A stretch of DNA of 64,000 nucleotides from Narcine bancroftii (taxonomy: Eukaryota): assembly GCF_036971445.1 (NCBI RefSeq), contig NC_091475.1, forward strand, positions 31,620,001 through 31,684,000. The letters run 5' to 3'. Below the pieces are notes generated by a model. It was not told the origin of the DNA, searched no databases, and saw only the letters and a program-made list of their open reading frames with translations. Position 1 is the stretch's first letter; every line of letters starts with the position of its first letter. Of the stretch, positions 13,250 through 26,499 are shown in pieces. Both the position numbers and the translations under genes were made by a program.

Positions 13250-16200
13250 TAATGTTTTCTATATTGGGCTGTTAATATTCGTTATCTAACTTTTTGGATT
13301 TTTTATTCTGACAAATTGGATCATCCATTATGGACAGTATTCAGTGGCCTCTTTATTGGGTACCTGTCTTCCATTTAGTTTTTCCAAGATCAATAAGGAT
13401 TTATCTAATTTAATATTCAAAAATATATTGCAAATCTGGTTCCAATTTAAGATTTTTTTTAAATTTAAAAAACATTCTTTTATCTAGTGCTATTCCTCAT
13501 GTAGTAATTATTTTTTCAACCATCAATCTTTCTCTATAGAAAATCAAATGTATTATTTCTTTTGCAAATTTATTTAAGGAAGTTAATGTCTTTTGAACAG
13601 CTGCCAAGTAAATATGACTTACCAAATATTCATTTTTTTAGATATTGGCAGATTAGAAATTTCTTAAATACCATATTACTGGACTTTAAATTTGTTTATC
13701 TACCAGATCTAGTTGATAATATTTTTCAATTGAATCCTTCTCAGGAAAAATTAATTGGAATTTTACATGATAGATTATTGAAATTACATCCAGTACTTCA
13801 CGATAAGATTAAAAAGACTTGGGAAATGGAACTTGCAACATCCTAACCGGAAGATCTATGGGACAAGATTCTTAAACTGGTGAATATATCCTCAATATGT
13901 GCCCAACATTCATTAATCCAATTCAAAGTGGTGCATTGAGTTTACATGTTCAAAGATAAACTGGCTTGTGATCCACAAATGAACCGGGTCACGGAGGTGC
14001 TGGCTCTCACTGAGCTGACATCACAATGGTCCCATTGGGAGGGGCTGAAAAGTATCTCTCAGAAATTCAGTTGGTTGGTTCAATTCACTCACAGCTTCTG
14101 TGTGATTTTTTTCTTTCATTTGCTGCACAGCACACCGACCACAGTGGTGACCCCAATAGTCCAAAATGGCATTTTGGACTCCATGCTAAATGGCACGAAC
14201 ACACAGAACACAGTCTCGGTGAAGCTGCTGACCTTTTGGCCCTCACAGCTGCTAGTCTGATTCGAACAGGCTGAAGCCCTGTTTCAGGTCATGCAGATAA
14301 CTGCAGACTCCACAAGATATTATTGCATGGTCAGTTCGCTCGACTAGGAGACTGCAGGACGAATCATCACTTCTTACATCAGCTGCTGACAGGAATAAGG
14401 CAATTAAAGCACTCCTTATCCACATCTTCAGCCTTTCCCACTGTGAACGAGTGGCACAGATGCTCCACATGGACGGCCTGGGTGACCGCATGCCGTCTGC
14501 CCTTATGAACGATATGCTGGCATAAATGGATGGCCACAAGCCCTGCTTACTGTTTGAGCAGATATTTCTCAAACCAATGCTGGAAGACATCCATCTACTC
14601 CTCGTGAGCGATGACTTCAGTGACCCATGCAGGTTAGCAGCCCATGCGGATATCCTGTGGCACACCAAGCAATGTATCAGGGTGTCTGTTGACCTAGTTG
14701 CTGTATCACGCCTAGAGACTTATCTCTCTCCCACTCCAGCAAGGAGGCCAGCAAGAGCCGCAGCAGGTGAAGACTCAAACTTGGAGCGATGATGTTTCTA
14801 CCATCAGAAATGGGGTTCTGGAGCCGGCCGCTGCCATCCAGGAAACACCGGGGCTGGCTGTTGCTGATCACTATGACGATCGGCCTCCGAGGCAGCCTCC
14901 TTTATCTATGGGACTGGCACTAAGGGTGGTGTTTCCTCACGGACACGGGTGGAGGTCAGCGTCTTGCCCCCCTTGAACTAAAACACCTGCATCGGGAAGT
15001 CAGGACCGTCCATCACTGCTGCCAACAATAGCAGCATACACACGTACAGGGTGCAGACCATCCCAATCAAGTTCGGCTCCTGCCATTTTACCTGGTCCCT
15101 CACTTTGGCTGGCATGTCTCAGCCCCTATTAGGTGCAGACTTCCTTTGAACCCACTGCCTCCTGGTGGACCTGAAAGGGTAGGACCTTCCAGACCTTCAC
15201 TCTTTGAGAAGCCAAGTTCTCACCCCCCCACCTACCTCGACTCAGTAACCTTATCAGGCAATGAGTTTGCCAGAATCCTGGCAGGAATCCTGGCCATTAC
15301 AGTGCCACATTTCTCCACTGAAACATGGCATCCAGCACCACATCCCTATGCAGGGACTGCCGCTACACGTCTGGGCATGCAGGCTTCTTTCCAACAAGCT
15401 GCAACTTGACAAAGAAGAATTCAAGAAGATGGAGGAGATGGGAATCATTCAGCACTCAGAAACGCCATTGGCCTCTCCTCTACACGGTGCCGAAGTCTTC
15501 TGGGGACTACCACCGGCTCAATGGCGCCTGGTTCCCCACATCCAGAACTTCATGGAATGAGGATTTTCTCAAAATTTGACCTGATCTAGAGGTACCACCA
15601 GATCCCTGTGCACCCAACCAATGTCCCCAAGACAACCCTCATCACTCCGTTCGGCCTTTTCGGCCTCTTTGAATGCCGTTCGGCTTCAAAAATGCAGCGC
15701 AGACTTCCAGAGACCCATGGACTCGGTGAGGCACGGCCTAGATTTCGTTTTTATCTACCTAGATGACATCCTCATCACCAGTCATTCGAGACAGGAGCAC
15801 CTAACATCAACCCAGTGAAATGTAAGTTCAGCCTGATAGCCATCGATTTCTTTGGGCACTGCATCGATCGACACGGGGGTGATCCCTCTTCTGACAAATG
15901 TTGAGGTAATTTGTAAGTTTGCCAAGCCAACTACGGTCAAATATTTGCAGGAGTTCATTGGGATGGTCAACTTTACCATCGGTTCCTACCATTAGCTGCC
16001 AGGATCATGCAACCTCTTTTCAAGCTGCTGTCCTGTCAGGCCAAAGAACTCAGCTGGGATGCAGAGTCTTCAGCAGTTTTCTACCAGGCCAAAGATACTC
16101 TGGTCAATGCCACCCATCTAGTGCATCCGCGCGGTGACGTGCCCACTGCCCTCACAGTCGACACATCCAACACGGCCATTGGCAGTGTCCTGGAACAGCT

Positions 16201-18215
16201 GATTGATGGACATTGCAGACCACTCACTTTCTTAAGCAGACACCTGCAGCCCCCTGAGCAGAAGTATGGTGCGTTCAACAGGGAGTCGCTAGCCCTCTAC
16301 CTCACCTTATGCCATTTCAGCTATTTCCTTGAAGGGCAGGATTTCACGGTCTTCACTGATCACAAGCCCCTCACTTTAGCCTTCACCAAGGTGTCGGACC
16401 TGTGGTTGGCAAGGCATCAGCGTCACCTATCTTGTATCTCAGAGTACACGATGACGATCAAGCACATTTCCAGCAAGGACAACCTTGTGACTGACACTCT
16501 GTCCTGTATATCCATCCTGTTTGTGCACTCCGTCCCACAGAATTGACTATACTGTGTTTGCAGCAACCCAGTGAAGGGATGGTGAGATACCAGCCTACCG
16601 CACTGCAGCCTCAGGGCTACAGCTGAAATATGTGCATTTCAGGCTATCTGAAACCACACTTTTCTGAGATGTGTCCACCAGCTGACCTAGGCCCAACATT
16701 CTTGCCTGTGGAGATGTTGTGTCTTCGATGTGCTACATAAGTTGGCTCACCATCCATCTGGGCAACAACTCAATTGGTTGCAGACAGATTCATTTGGCAT
16801 GGCCTGCATAAGCAGGTCGGCCACTGGGCCAGAACTTTCCTGCACTGTCAGACATCCAAGGTGTCCCTCTTCAGTCCTTCCCGCCGACACACAGATGATT
16901 TGACCAAGTCCACGTGGACATCGTTGGGCCACTGCTGGTTTCCAGAGGTGCCAATGTACCTGTTCATGATGGTTCACTAGATGACAGGAAGCTCTCCTGT
17001 TCTTGGACATTTCCATGGCATCCAGCACCAGGGCCCTCATCACCAACTGGATAGCCCATTTCGGTCTTCCTTCTAATATTATGTGGGACAGCCAGCCACA
17101 GTTCACGTCTGGCCTATAGGCAGTGCAGACACAGCTCCTAGGGGCCTAGTTACATCACACCATAGACTACCACCCACAGTCTAACAGCCTGGTAGAAAGA
17201 ATTCCATTGGCATTTGAAGACAGTCCTCGTGGTGCAGCAGTTAGGCCTAGATTGGGTGGACGAGCTGCCCTGGGTGCTCCTTGGCATTCACACAACACTG
17301 AAGGAGGATTTGGCCATGTCCTCCACTGAGCTTTTTGATGAGGCCCTGCTGACAGTTCTGGGAGAGTTTGTGCCAGTCGCTCGTGGCCAGGATGAAATAC
17401 CTGGGCACCTTGGCCCCCGTACCAACCTCATGTCATGGTCAAGCTCCATCCTACATCCCGAAAGATCTCGAAGACTTTGAATACATCTTCATAAGGAGAG
17501 GCGTGCACCGGACACCCTTTCAGTGCCCATACAAGGATCCATACAAGGTGTTATGACAAAACGGGACTACATGCCTTTTGGACATAGGAGAAGGCAGGAA
17601 ACATTCATGGTCGACTGCCTCAAACTGGCACAACTTGACCTCGGCCAACCAGTACCTGTTCCAGCCCTGCAGTAGAGAGTTCAGCCTCCCAAATGTACAA
17701 ACTGTTTATGAACTGAGGTCTTGGCACCTCTGAACACCTGTCCTGGGAATAAAGGGGGGGTGGTGAGGTGGGGCATGTAGCAAACTGCACACATCCACAA
17801 GCGAACCGGGTCATGAAGGCTGACATCACTATGGGCCCAGTGGGAGGGGCCAAAAAGAATCATGGGAGTGGTGCTGATAAGCTCTTGGAGAGTTCCAATA
17901 AAGTCAGTTGGTTGGTTCAACTCACTCACAGCTTCTGTGTGTTTTTTTTTTCTTTTGTTCGCTGCACAGCACACCGACCACACTTGTATCTTTTCAAAAA
18001 TGTTTCAATGATTCTCTCATACTTTGTCCTGTTTAAGTTTAGAAAAAAATAGATATCGTGTATTTGATTCATCTGTGAAATATGAAGATACATGGCGACC
18101 TTTTATGTCTTATTTTCGTTTGATGTAAATGTTTCTAATGTGATTAAATGTACTCACTCTTCCAGAATTGTTTTATACTTCTGTGCTTTAAACTTAAACT
18201 GCATTATAAAAAATT
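13250..18215 (+). mobile_element. L1/Tx1-type LINE ORF2 fragment split by the Gypsy insertion
   Basis: YWAVNIRYL, KLMSFEQL..KY.LPN.HFFRY.QIRNF and FKVVH.VYM.KDKLA; the reading continues as ..IFSK after 17986. Confidence 0.75.
13969..17982 (+). mobile_element. Decayed Gypsy LTR retrotransposon with both LTRs
   Basis: 5' LTR 13969-14143, 3' LTR 17776-17982, both ending gcacagcacaccgaccaca. 4-bp TSD CTTG. PBS TGGTGACCCC (tRNA-Trp type) at 14145; purine tract before the 3' LTR. gag (VSVKL.TFW), RT (FIYLDDILI), RNase H (LTVDTSNTAIG..FTDHKPL) and integrase (YHPQSN.LVER) remnants with stops and frameshifts. Confidence 0.93.
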
Positions 18216-18792
18216 TTAAAAATACAGACACTGGAATTCTGAAATAAAACCAAAATGCTGAAATATTAAGAAGGTGTTATGGATGATGGTCTGACCTTTT
18301 GGATTGTAAACTGTCATCATAAAGGATGGAATTCCACTGGAAACTCTCAATGACGTGTGGAGCATCTGGGTCGAGTTGTGCAGGGAGAGAATGGAATGTT
18401 CAGAACGGCAGTAGGAGTGGCGGAGACCAACCAGAGAGCTGTGTGAAAGACACATGCCTCATAAGGTAATGAAGAGTTAAAAACCACAATTTGAGAACTG
18501 AAAGACATCATCTAAGGAGGCCTTGAAAAAGAATTCGTAAGCTTATGGAAACTCAACAACAGTCATTTCTCTCTCCAACAGATGACCTTCTATTATTGGA
18601 CATTGAGCTTTGGGATTGTATTCCATGAACAGTGTTTTCAGATTGACTTACTTGATGGACTGACCTGGGGTTTTGGGGGATTTTTCTCTTTTTGAATATT
18701 AGGCACAGACTGATCTGGGTTATTTTTATATACACAACATTTATAAAGATATGATATTTATACATTTGTACATTTATACATTTGTTATAGAT

Positions 18793-20936
18793 CATCCTTC
18801 TTCTTTCCACTCACATATCACTTCAAGTATTCCCTATGCCATTGGTGCTCTGTGATTAGTAAGGGATTGATTAAGGTGGGGTATGTGGATGGAAAGAGAA
18901 AGTTTGAAAACCACCATTTTAATCGTATCTAATTGAGCCATTATGTACATGTTTACATAACTCCAAAGAAAATGGGTCAATGGCAATTTTTATCAAGCAA
19001 AATATTTCAGTAACAATTGAGTCTAGAGCGGAAATTTTCAAACTTCCCACTCACATCGCACCTTAAGCAATCCCTTACTAAAATCACAGATCATCGATGG
19101 CATAGGGATTACTTAAAGTGGTATGTGAGTGAAACTGGTTGACCGTTTTGAGTTTTGTGTGCCCGATGGAGATGTGGGGGGGCTGGTAGTCATGGTGGGG
19201 AGCTGGCTGATGGAGGACCTCAGTTTTCTTCAGGCTGACTTCCAGGCCAAACATTTTGGCAGTTTCCGCAAAGCAGGACGTCAAGCGCTGAAGAGCTGGC
19301 TCTGAATGGGCAACTAAAGCGGCATCATCTGCAAAGAGTAGTTCACGGACAAGTTTCTCTTGTGTCTTGGTGTGAGCTTGCAGGCGCCTCAGATTGAAGA
19401 GACTGCCATCCGTGCGGTACCGGATGTAAACAGCGTCTTCATTGTTGGGGTCTTTCATGGCTTGGTTCAGCATCATGCTGAAGAAGATTGAAAAGAGGGT
19501 TGGTGCGAGAACACAGCCTTGCTTCACGCCATTGTTAATGGAGAAGGGTTCAGAGAGCTCATTGCTGTATCTGACCCGACCTTGTTGGTTTTCGTGCAGT
19601 TGGATAATCATGTTGAGGAACTTTGGGGGACATCCGATGCACTCTAGTATTTGCCAAAGCCCTTTCCTGCTCACGGTGTCGAAGGCTTTGGTGAGGTCAA
19701 CAAAGGTGATGTAGAGTCCTTTGTTTTGTTCTCTGCACTTTTCTTGGAGCTGTCTGAGGGCAAAGACCATGTCAGTGGTTCCTCTGTTTGCGCGAAAGCC
19801 GCACTGTGATTCTGGGAGAATATTCTCGGCGACACTAGGTATTATTCTATTTAGTAGAATCCTAGCGAAGATTTTGCCTGCAATGGAGAGCAACGTGATT
19901 CCCCTGTAGTTTGAGCAGTCTGATTTCTCGCCTTTGTTTTTGTACAGGGTGATGATGGTGGCATCACGAAGATCCTGAGGCAGTTTACCTTGGTCCCAAC
20001 AAAGCTTGAAAAACTCATGCAGTTTGGCATGCAGAGTTTTGCCGCCAGCCTTCCAGACTTCTGGGGGGATTCCATCCATACCTGCTGCTTTGCCAGTTTA
20101 CCTATCTAGGCTGCACCATTTCATCAGATGCAAGGATCGACAATGAGATAGACAACAGACTCGCCAAGGCAAATAGCGCCTTTGGAAGACTACACAAAAG
20201 AGTTTGGAAAAACAACCAACTGAAAAACCTCACAAAGATAAGCGTATACAGAGCCGTTGTCATACCCACACTCCTGTTCGGCTCCGAATCATGGGTCCTC
20301 TACCGGCACCACCTACGGCTCCTAGAACGCTTCCACCAGCGTTGTCTCCGCTCCATCCTCAACATCCATTGGAGCGCTTACACCCCTAACGTCGAAGTAC
20401 TCGAGATGGCAGAGGTCGACAGCATCGAGTCCACGCTTATGAAGATCCAGCTGCGCTGGATGGGTCACGTCTCCAGAATGGAGGACCATCGCCTTCCCAA
20501 GATCGTATTATATGGCGAGCTCTCCACTGGCCACCGTGACAGAGGTGCACCAAAGAAAAGGTACAAGGACTGCCTAAAGAAATCTCTTGGTGCCTGCCAC
20601 ATTGACCACCGCCAGTGGGCTGATAACGCCTCAAACCGTGCATCTTGGCGCCTCACAGTTTGGCGGGCAGCAACCTCATTTGAAGAAGACCGCAGAGCCC
20701 ACCTCACTGACAAAAGGCAAAGGAGGAAAAACCCAACACCCAACCCCAACCAACCAATTTTCCCTTGCAACCGCTGCAATCGTGTCTGCCTGTCCCGCAT
20801 CGGACTTGTCAGCCACAAACGAGCCTGCAGCTGACGTGGACTTTTTACCCCCTCCATAAATCTTCGTCCGCGAAGCCAAGCCAAAGAGAGAAGAAAGAGA
20901 AGATGTGAGTGAAAAGAAAAAGGTTGAGAACCACTG
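18793..20936 (-). mobile_element. Dimeric hAT/Charlie-type MITE interrupted by an RTE insertion
   Basis: Reverse-orientation relative of 59693-60066; right TIR aggttgagaaccactg; 8-bp TSD ttatagat/atatagat. Confidence 0.85.
19135..20902 (+). mobile_element. Young 5'-truncated RTE LINE with an inverted 5' part
   Basis: RT (LLFADD) on the minus strand at 19135-20095 and the C-terminus with its Cys/His motif on the plus strand at 20093-20834; GA-rich tail; 12-bp TSD ATGTGAGTGAAA at 19123 and 20903. Confidence 0.95.
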
Positions 20937-21199
20937 ATATAGATTCATAGTGGGGTTATTTGGGTTAAGATGTTGTATTGATAATAGTCATAAATAAATG
21001 TAGAGTTAAAATTTAAACCTTTTGAATTGTGTTTTCTGTTGTTGCTGGTTTGATGCATAACAAAGGTTAGAGTTATCTGGAGAAAAATATGGCAGCTCTG
21101 CCATTGGTGCAGATCTGGGAGAGCAGGAAGTGAAAAAACAGCACAGGGCACCAGTTATGTGGAGTACACCCCCCATTAAGAAGGAGAAGCAAAGGAAAT

Positions 21200-21620
21200 G
21201 ACCCTAAGGACAGTGACCAAGATGGCGGACCAGCAAGAGGCCCTGCAGCTGAATGACACAACACAGGCAGTGAGCTGTTGTGACTTGCTGGCGAGGAACC
21301 CACAAAGGCTGCGGGGTGCAGCCAACTTGAGATCAAAGGATTCACACCATTCTGCAGGCTGCTAGAAACTGGCTCATGGGAATAAGATAGCAGAACCGGG
21401 ATTCGAGAGGATGCTGTGGGCAAGGAGTGATCCTGAAGGGCCCCGGGTGCTGAAGGCTTCCTCATCATGTTGGAGGTTTGGATCTGGGCTCGATTTGCCG
21501 ATGGTCTGAACTGAACTGGAGTCTTGCACGGCTGCAGGAGTGCTGGAGACGAATCCACGAACACTTGGTGACTCTGAGGCGAGTCTCTTTTGCTTCTGCT
21601 TCTCTAACTGTAAGGGGTGT
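21200..21620 (+). repeat. Interspersed non-autonomous repeat, related to 61915-62600
   Basis: Shared blocks caagatgg.g, ctgaa.g.ttcct..atgttgg.ggtttggatctgg and gactct..ttctctc.tgact.taag. Confidence 0.6.
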
Positions 21621-22058
21621 CCTTACAGTTAACTGTAAAAAGTTAACTGACCAATGAGTTAGAGAATGAGATCATACACAAAGAATGCAGATAAAGGAAT
21701 ATAAGGGTTGCGAAATGCAGACCAGCAGGTCAGTTCAAACTAACTATGTATGAGAAGATTTCGCTTAATACAGTCCTGGACAGTAAGCTTGGAGTTTAGC
21801 TGCATCACAGGATATTATTAAACCTTAAAAAGTTCTCATCAGTATTGGGTATATTATTCATACTGTAAGCCTAATGCAACAGACACATTAAACAATGGCA
21901 ATAATCATACTCACAGAATAATATCATGTTTCATGTTTGTTGGTGCCCAGATGAATGGTTGGGAATGTTCCATGGATCCCATGAATCTCACCCCTGCAGA
22001 TCCTATGAATCTAAATAAACTGTCTTCTGACATTCATACTTTGTGACTCTCTCAAATA

Positions 22059-22345
22059 CAGTAAAACCTCGCTAGAACGTGATAGTTGGGGTCCAAGATT
22101 GCATACCGCATTACAGCCGAGTGGCGCAACAGATGCATATAGGTCATGAGTCAGGAAGCAGGAAAACAGAAAACTGTGACCCAAACCCTATTGTTTAAGA
22201 CCTTTAAACTCCACATATTAACATACACATCTTGTAAATGAATCATGAGTCCATTTTTGAGATTGTGGCTGTTAGCCTGGCATCCTAAAATCAAAGTTTG
22301 GGGTCCACAGACACCCGGGCTATAAGCGGTTCCGCAGATTAACAA
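22059..22345. mobile_element. Tc1/mariner (Tigger-like) MITE remnant
   Basis: TA|CAGTAAAACCTCGCT terminus; the right end is decayed. Confidence 0.45.
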
Positions 22346-23739
22346 ATCGCCTTCTAATGAGCTTCAGTGGAATTATGGAGCACACTTCTATGATAACATT
22401 ACTAGAAGGGATCTGTGGAAAAAGCAAGGAAGAAAGGTCCTCTGGGTGTTATACATTAATATGCACTAGCAAGAGTGTCCCAAGAAAGAACGGGTTGGCA
22501 AGAACCAACAGGAGATATTCACTGCAGATTACGGAGTGCTGCATTCTTTCAAGAATATGAAGTCATCATCCCTTCACCCAAGTTTTACTACTGTTCCCAA
22601 GCACGCTGGCTAACTTCGAATAGTGCTTGAAATTTACTCAGTCATCAGGCCTACCCATCAGGATGTTATATTTCATAGTCAAATCACAACAAAAGTAAAT
22701 CAGTGAGCATCAACATCAAACTGCACAAAGTTGGTCAGACCACACCTGGAGCGATATATCCATTTCTGGTCCACGAGAATTTCAAGTGGCAGAAACCAGA
22801 GAGATGAGAGCCCATGATAGATTCCTTTGGTGATCAATTGGGACCAATGTAGAACAACTTTTTTTGAGAAGTGTGAATACCCTACAAGTAACAGCTGTGG
22901 TGACATCAAGGCACCAAATGTTGTCTTAGTCCAGGGATGAGAGTGTGTGCCGTGTTGGTGAATGCACACTGAGCAGTTATTGCTGAGAATCGATGTGCAG
23001 CCCTGATTTGCTGCCACGTTGAGATAATGACTATCCATAGCTAATACTCTCCCTTCACCTTGCACATCTGAACACAAGGAAGAGCATCCTGCTCGCATTA
23101 TTTAAAGGGATCATCAAAGTTCATTGATGGTAGATTTCTTCTGGCTGCTGGTCTGATAGTGTGAGTGCAAAATGCTTTCTACAGTGGGTTTAACTTGCTG
23201 AAATCTCTAAGGGGGGAGGAGTGGCATAAAAGGAACTGACGGGATGTTTCGTTGATCAGGCTTGAACCAGATCTGGCATCCCTTCATTGAGAAATACTGC
23301 CAAACAAGGAGAATTAAGAGGGTCCAACAGAGCAGAGGCAGACAAGATATTGAAGGATGAATGAAGAGGAAATATCATGATGTTCAGGGAGTTGATCTCG
23401 AAACCTGAACCTCAGTAAAAATATAATGTGCAAGAGGTACTGTTCCAAGGGAGAGTGGGGGGGGTGGGGAGCTTCATTGATACCAAAACCACATCCTCAC
23501 AGAATGGTAAGGACTCCATGGTCAATTGCTTTTAAAATGTTATGTACTTTTATGCATCTGTCACTTTTTGGATTGGTCCTAGAGATATTATCAACATCTT
23601 GGTTTATTATCCACAATATATCCACAAAACTCAATTATTCAACAAAATCTTACTTTTTGTATGTACTGGAAAGAGAGAGAGAGAGAGACAGACAGAGAGA
23701 GAAAGCAGAAGATAATGCTGTCTATTGAACTATGCTATT

Positions 23740-23880
23740 GACATGTTCTCCCCGTTTCTGCGTGGGTTTCCTCCAGGCACTCTGGTTTTCTCCCACCCTT
23801 AAAAACATACAGGGGGTTGAATTTGGGTGGCATGGGCTTGTGGGCTGGAAGGGCCTGTTACCACACTGAATGTCTACATT
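23740..23880 (+). mobile_element. V-SINE fragment
   Basis: V-domain ttctccccgtttctgcgtgggtttcctccagg plus the family tail. Confidence 0.7.
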
Positions 23881-24929
23881 TGAAAAATTTTTACATTTTA
23901 ATTTTAAAAAATGCTGAAGTAGTCTCAAATGCTGTTGAAATGTAAATCGTCCCAAATATTTATATAGATTTATTTTAGTTATTTATTCCTGTGTATTGTT
24001 TGTTCTTGTGCGTGCACCATGGAATGGAGAGATGCTGTTTCGGTGGGTTGTCTGTGTGCAATCAGATGATCATAAACTTGAACTAAAAAAAGCTGCAGGA
24101 TATTGAGGAGACCCTGGCTGCAGGCATGTGGCTGGAGGATTGGAGGGCAGTAAGCATTGCTTCTAAAAGATGAAAGGGATAGTCCAAATAATGAAAGGTT
24201 TATAAGCCGAATGTCAGTTTTGGGAAAGTAAATGTATCCAAAGTTTGCTGGCAGATGATTCCGGTATCTAGTTGATCGTATTGCAGGGGAATTGCTAGGA
24301 GTCAAGAATTTTAAGATGACAAAGTTCTAGTCTCAGCCATGAAACATTGCAAAAACTCACCTGGCTCCTTCTCAACAGGAAATGTCCACATGAAGATGTT
24401 ACTTACTCTGGACCCACCAGAGTGGTTGAACTTTAACCATCCCCACATTCAGGACCATGTAAACTGGAAAATGTGCCAGCATTGTCAGACAATGTCACGT
24501 CCTCTGAATGAAAGCATTTTTAAAAAGTGATTATCTTGAGATTTGTCTAACGAGTTCTGCTCTGCTTTCTGTGCCACAACTGATCTTAAAAATATTTGTC
24601 AGATATTTGAGGACACCCTTAATGTGAATGAATTTGCAGTGCCACTGTGTGGAAGGATGGTGACTTGCACTGTGTTTTCGCCACTGTAATGCAATAAAAC
24701 AGAAAACGTTACAAATGCCCAGTGAACTACACAGCATCTGTGAAGAGATAAACAGTTTATATTCCCAGGGGATGACCTTTCGGAAGTGGTGAGTCTCGCT
24801 ACCAAACATGAGACTCTTTATGAAAGGATTAATGCAAGGGTCAAATTTTACATTTTCCATCTTTTCTATTTTAGAATCTTCAAACATGCAAAGTTGCCCA
24901 TTGGTGCAAACAAATGGATCTTTGATTGA

Positions 24930-25505
24930 AGTGGATTCTCTCACTTTAAACCAATGCCCCCTATATTTTGAACTCTCTGATCCTGGAAGCAAAGTATGAC
25001 CATTCACCATTTCCAAGACCCTTGTGATTTTATAATGCTCTATAAGGTCAGCTGTTAGTCTGCTGCACTCCAGGGAGAAAAGACCTGCCCTCTCTAGTTT
25101 CTCCTTGTAACTTAAGTAGTCCACTGCTGGTAATGTCCTCGTGAATCTTAACTGGAACTTTTCCAGCTTAATTACATCCTTCCTATATCTGGGTGTCAAG
25201 AAGTGCACACAATACTCTAAATGTGGCCTCACCATCATCTTGTGAAATTGTAATGTGATCTCCCATCTCCTGTCCTCTCTGATGAAGGCAATTATGCTAA
25301 TTCTGTCTACCTGTCATCACTTCCAGGAAACTATGTCTTTCTTTTTCACCACATTCTCTAGTGCTCTGCCATTCACACCTCACACTTGAATAAGTTAAAT
25401 TCCACCAGCCATTCCTCAGTCCTTTCCCAGATGATCTAGATCCTGTTTTAATCCTGGAAAGTTTTCCTCACTATACCCCAATTTTGGTGTTATCTGCAAA
25501 CCTAA
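24930..25505 (-). mobile_element. CR1 LINE ORF2 fragment
   Basis: VRPHLEYCVHF..PRYRKDVIKLEK.Q.RFTR.LP..GLFSLE, the CR1 C-terminal signature. Confidence 0.85.
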
Positions 25506-26499
25506 TAACCTTGATAACTAGATTGTCAGATTTCAAATTTATTGTCGGTGTATATACAGGACATCACATACAACCCTGAGATTCTTTTTCCTGTAGGCGA
25601 GGCAGAATTACCACTTATTGGCAGTGCAACAAAAAACCCCACTCAACTTACACATGTAAACAAATAAAGGAATTCACCAAGACAATGGTTACTTAAACAA
25701 AAATATTTTTAATTTTCTTCATCAATACTTATTACTATAAACTTAACCTAACTGAATCCCCTTCTAATTGTAAGTGCACAAGTATGTAATGTTTGTGTGT
25801 TCAGGGAAGTTCTTTTTCACTTTTCACTTCTCCAAGTTCAGTGGTATCAGGCAATCCTCCATACTGTGCACAGAACTGAACATTTATGATCTTTGCCAGG
25901 CTCTGGAGGTTTAATTTAAGTTATTACCACTCAGGAAGGTCTTTGATAGTTTCAGAGAGATATTCGTTGTTTGTTGGACATACAAACTGATCTCCTTCAA
26001 TCAACAACTGAAGTGTATTGCCCAAAAAATTTTCCCCCTCTTGGGCTTTTCCCAAAAGATCATCTCTTCTTCCAGGTTACCACAGAGACTTCTTCTTTTT
26101 CCCCTATTTCAGGGGAATAACCAGTCAAAGCCTCTGCAATTGACCACAAGGATTTAGAATAGGCTGAACTCAGAACTCAAAACCCATTTTGAAATGGGGT
26201 CTTGCAGCGTCTGCAAACTTGCAGTCTTCAACAATAACTACTGCTGAATTTCTCTTTCTCTCTCTCCCAAAGAATGAATGTTTTCTCTCTGTTTGCAAAA
26301 CCACATGACCCCTCTTAAAACAGCAACCTTCAACAAGGAATTTAAACTTCTGGCATCACTCTTAATAGCAAATGATTTTCGGTTCTTGGGCCTGGGCTCT
26401 GTACAAACTTCCCGATACATTAACACCTACTTGTAAAACTCTTGTAAGTTCTCTTCCATTGTCTCAGCAAAGCCATTTGGAGACATGAAGTCTCCTCCT

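Noticed and set aside
24531-25238. 235-aa minus-strand ORF
   Set aside because: The first half is a CR1 ORF2 remnant that runs on by chance into unrelated sequence.
25670-26430. Possible minus-strand LTR remnant
   Set aside because: Could not define termini or a TSD.
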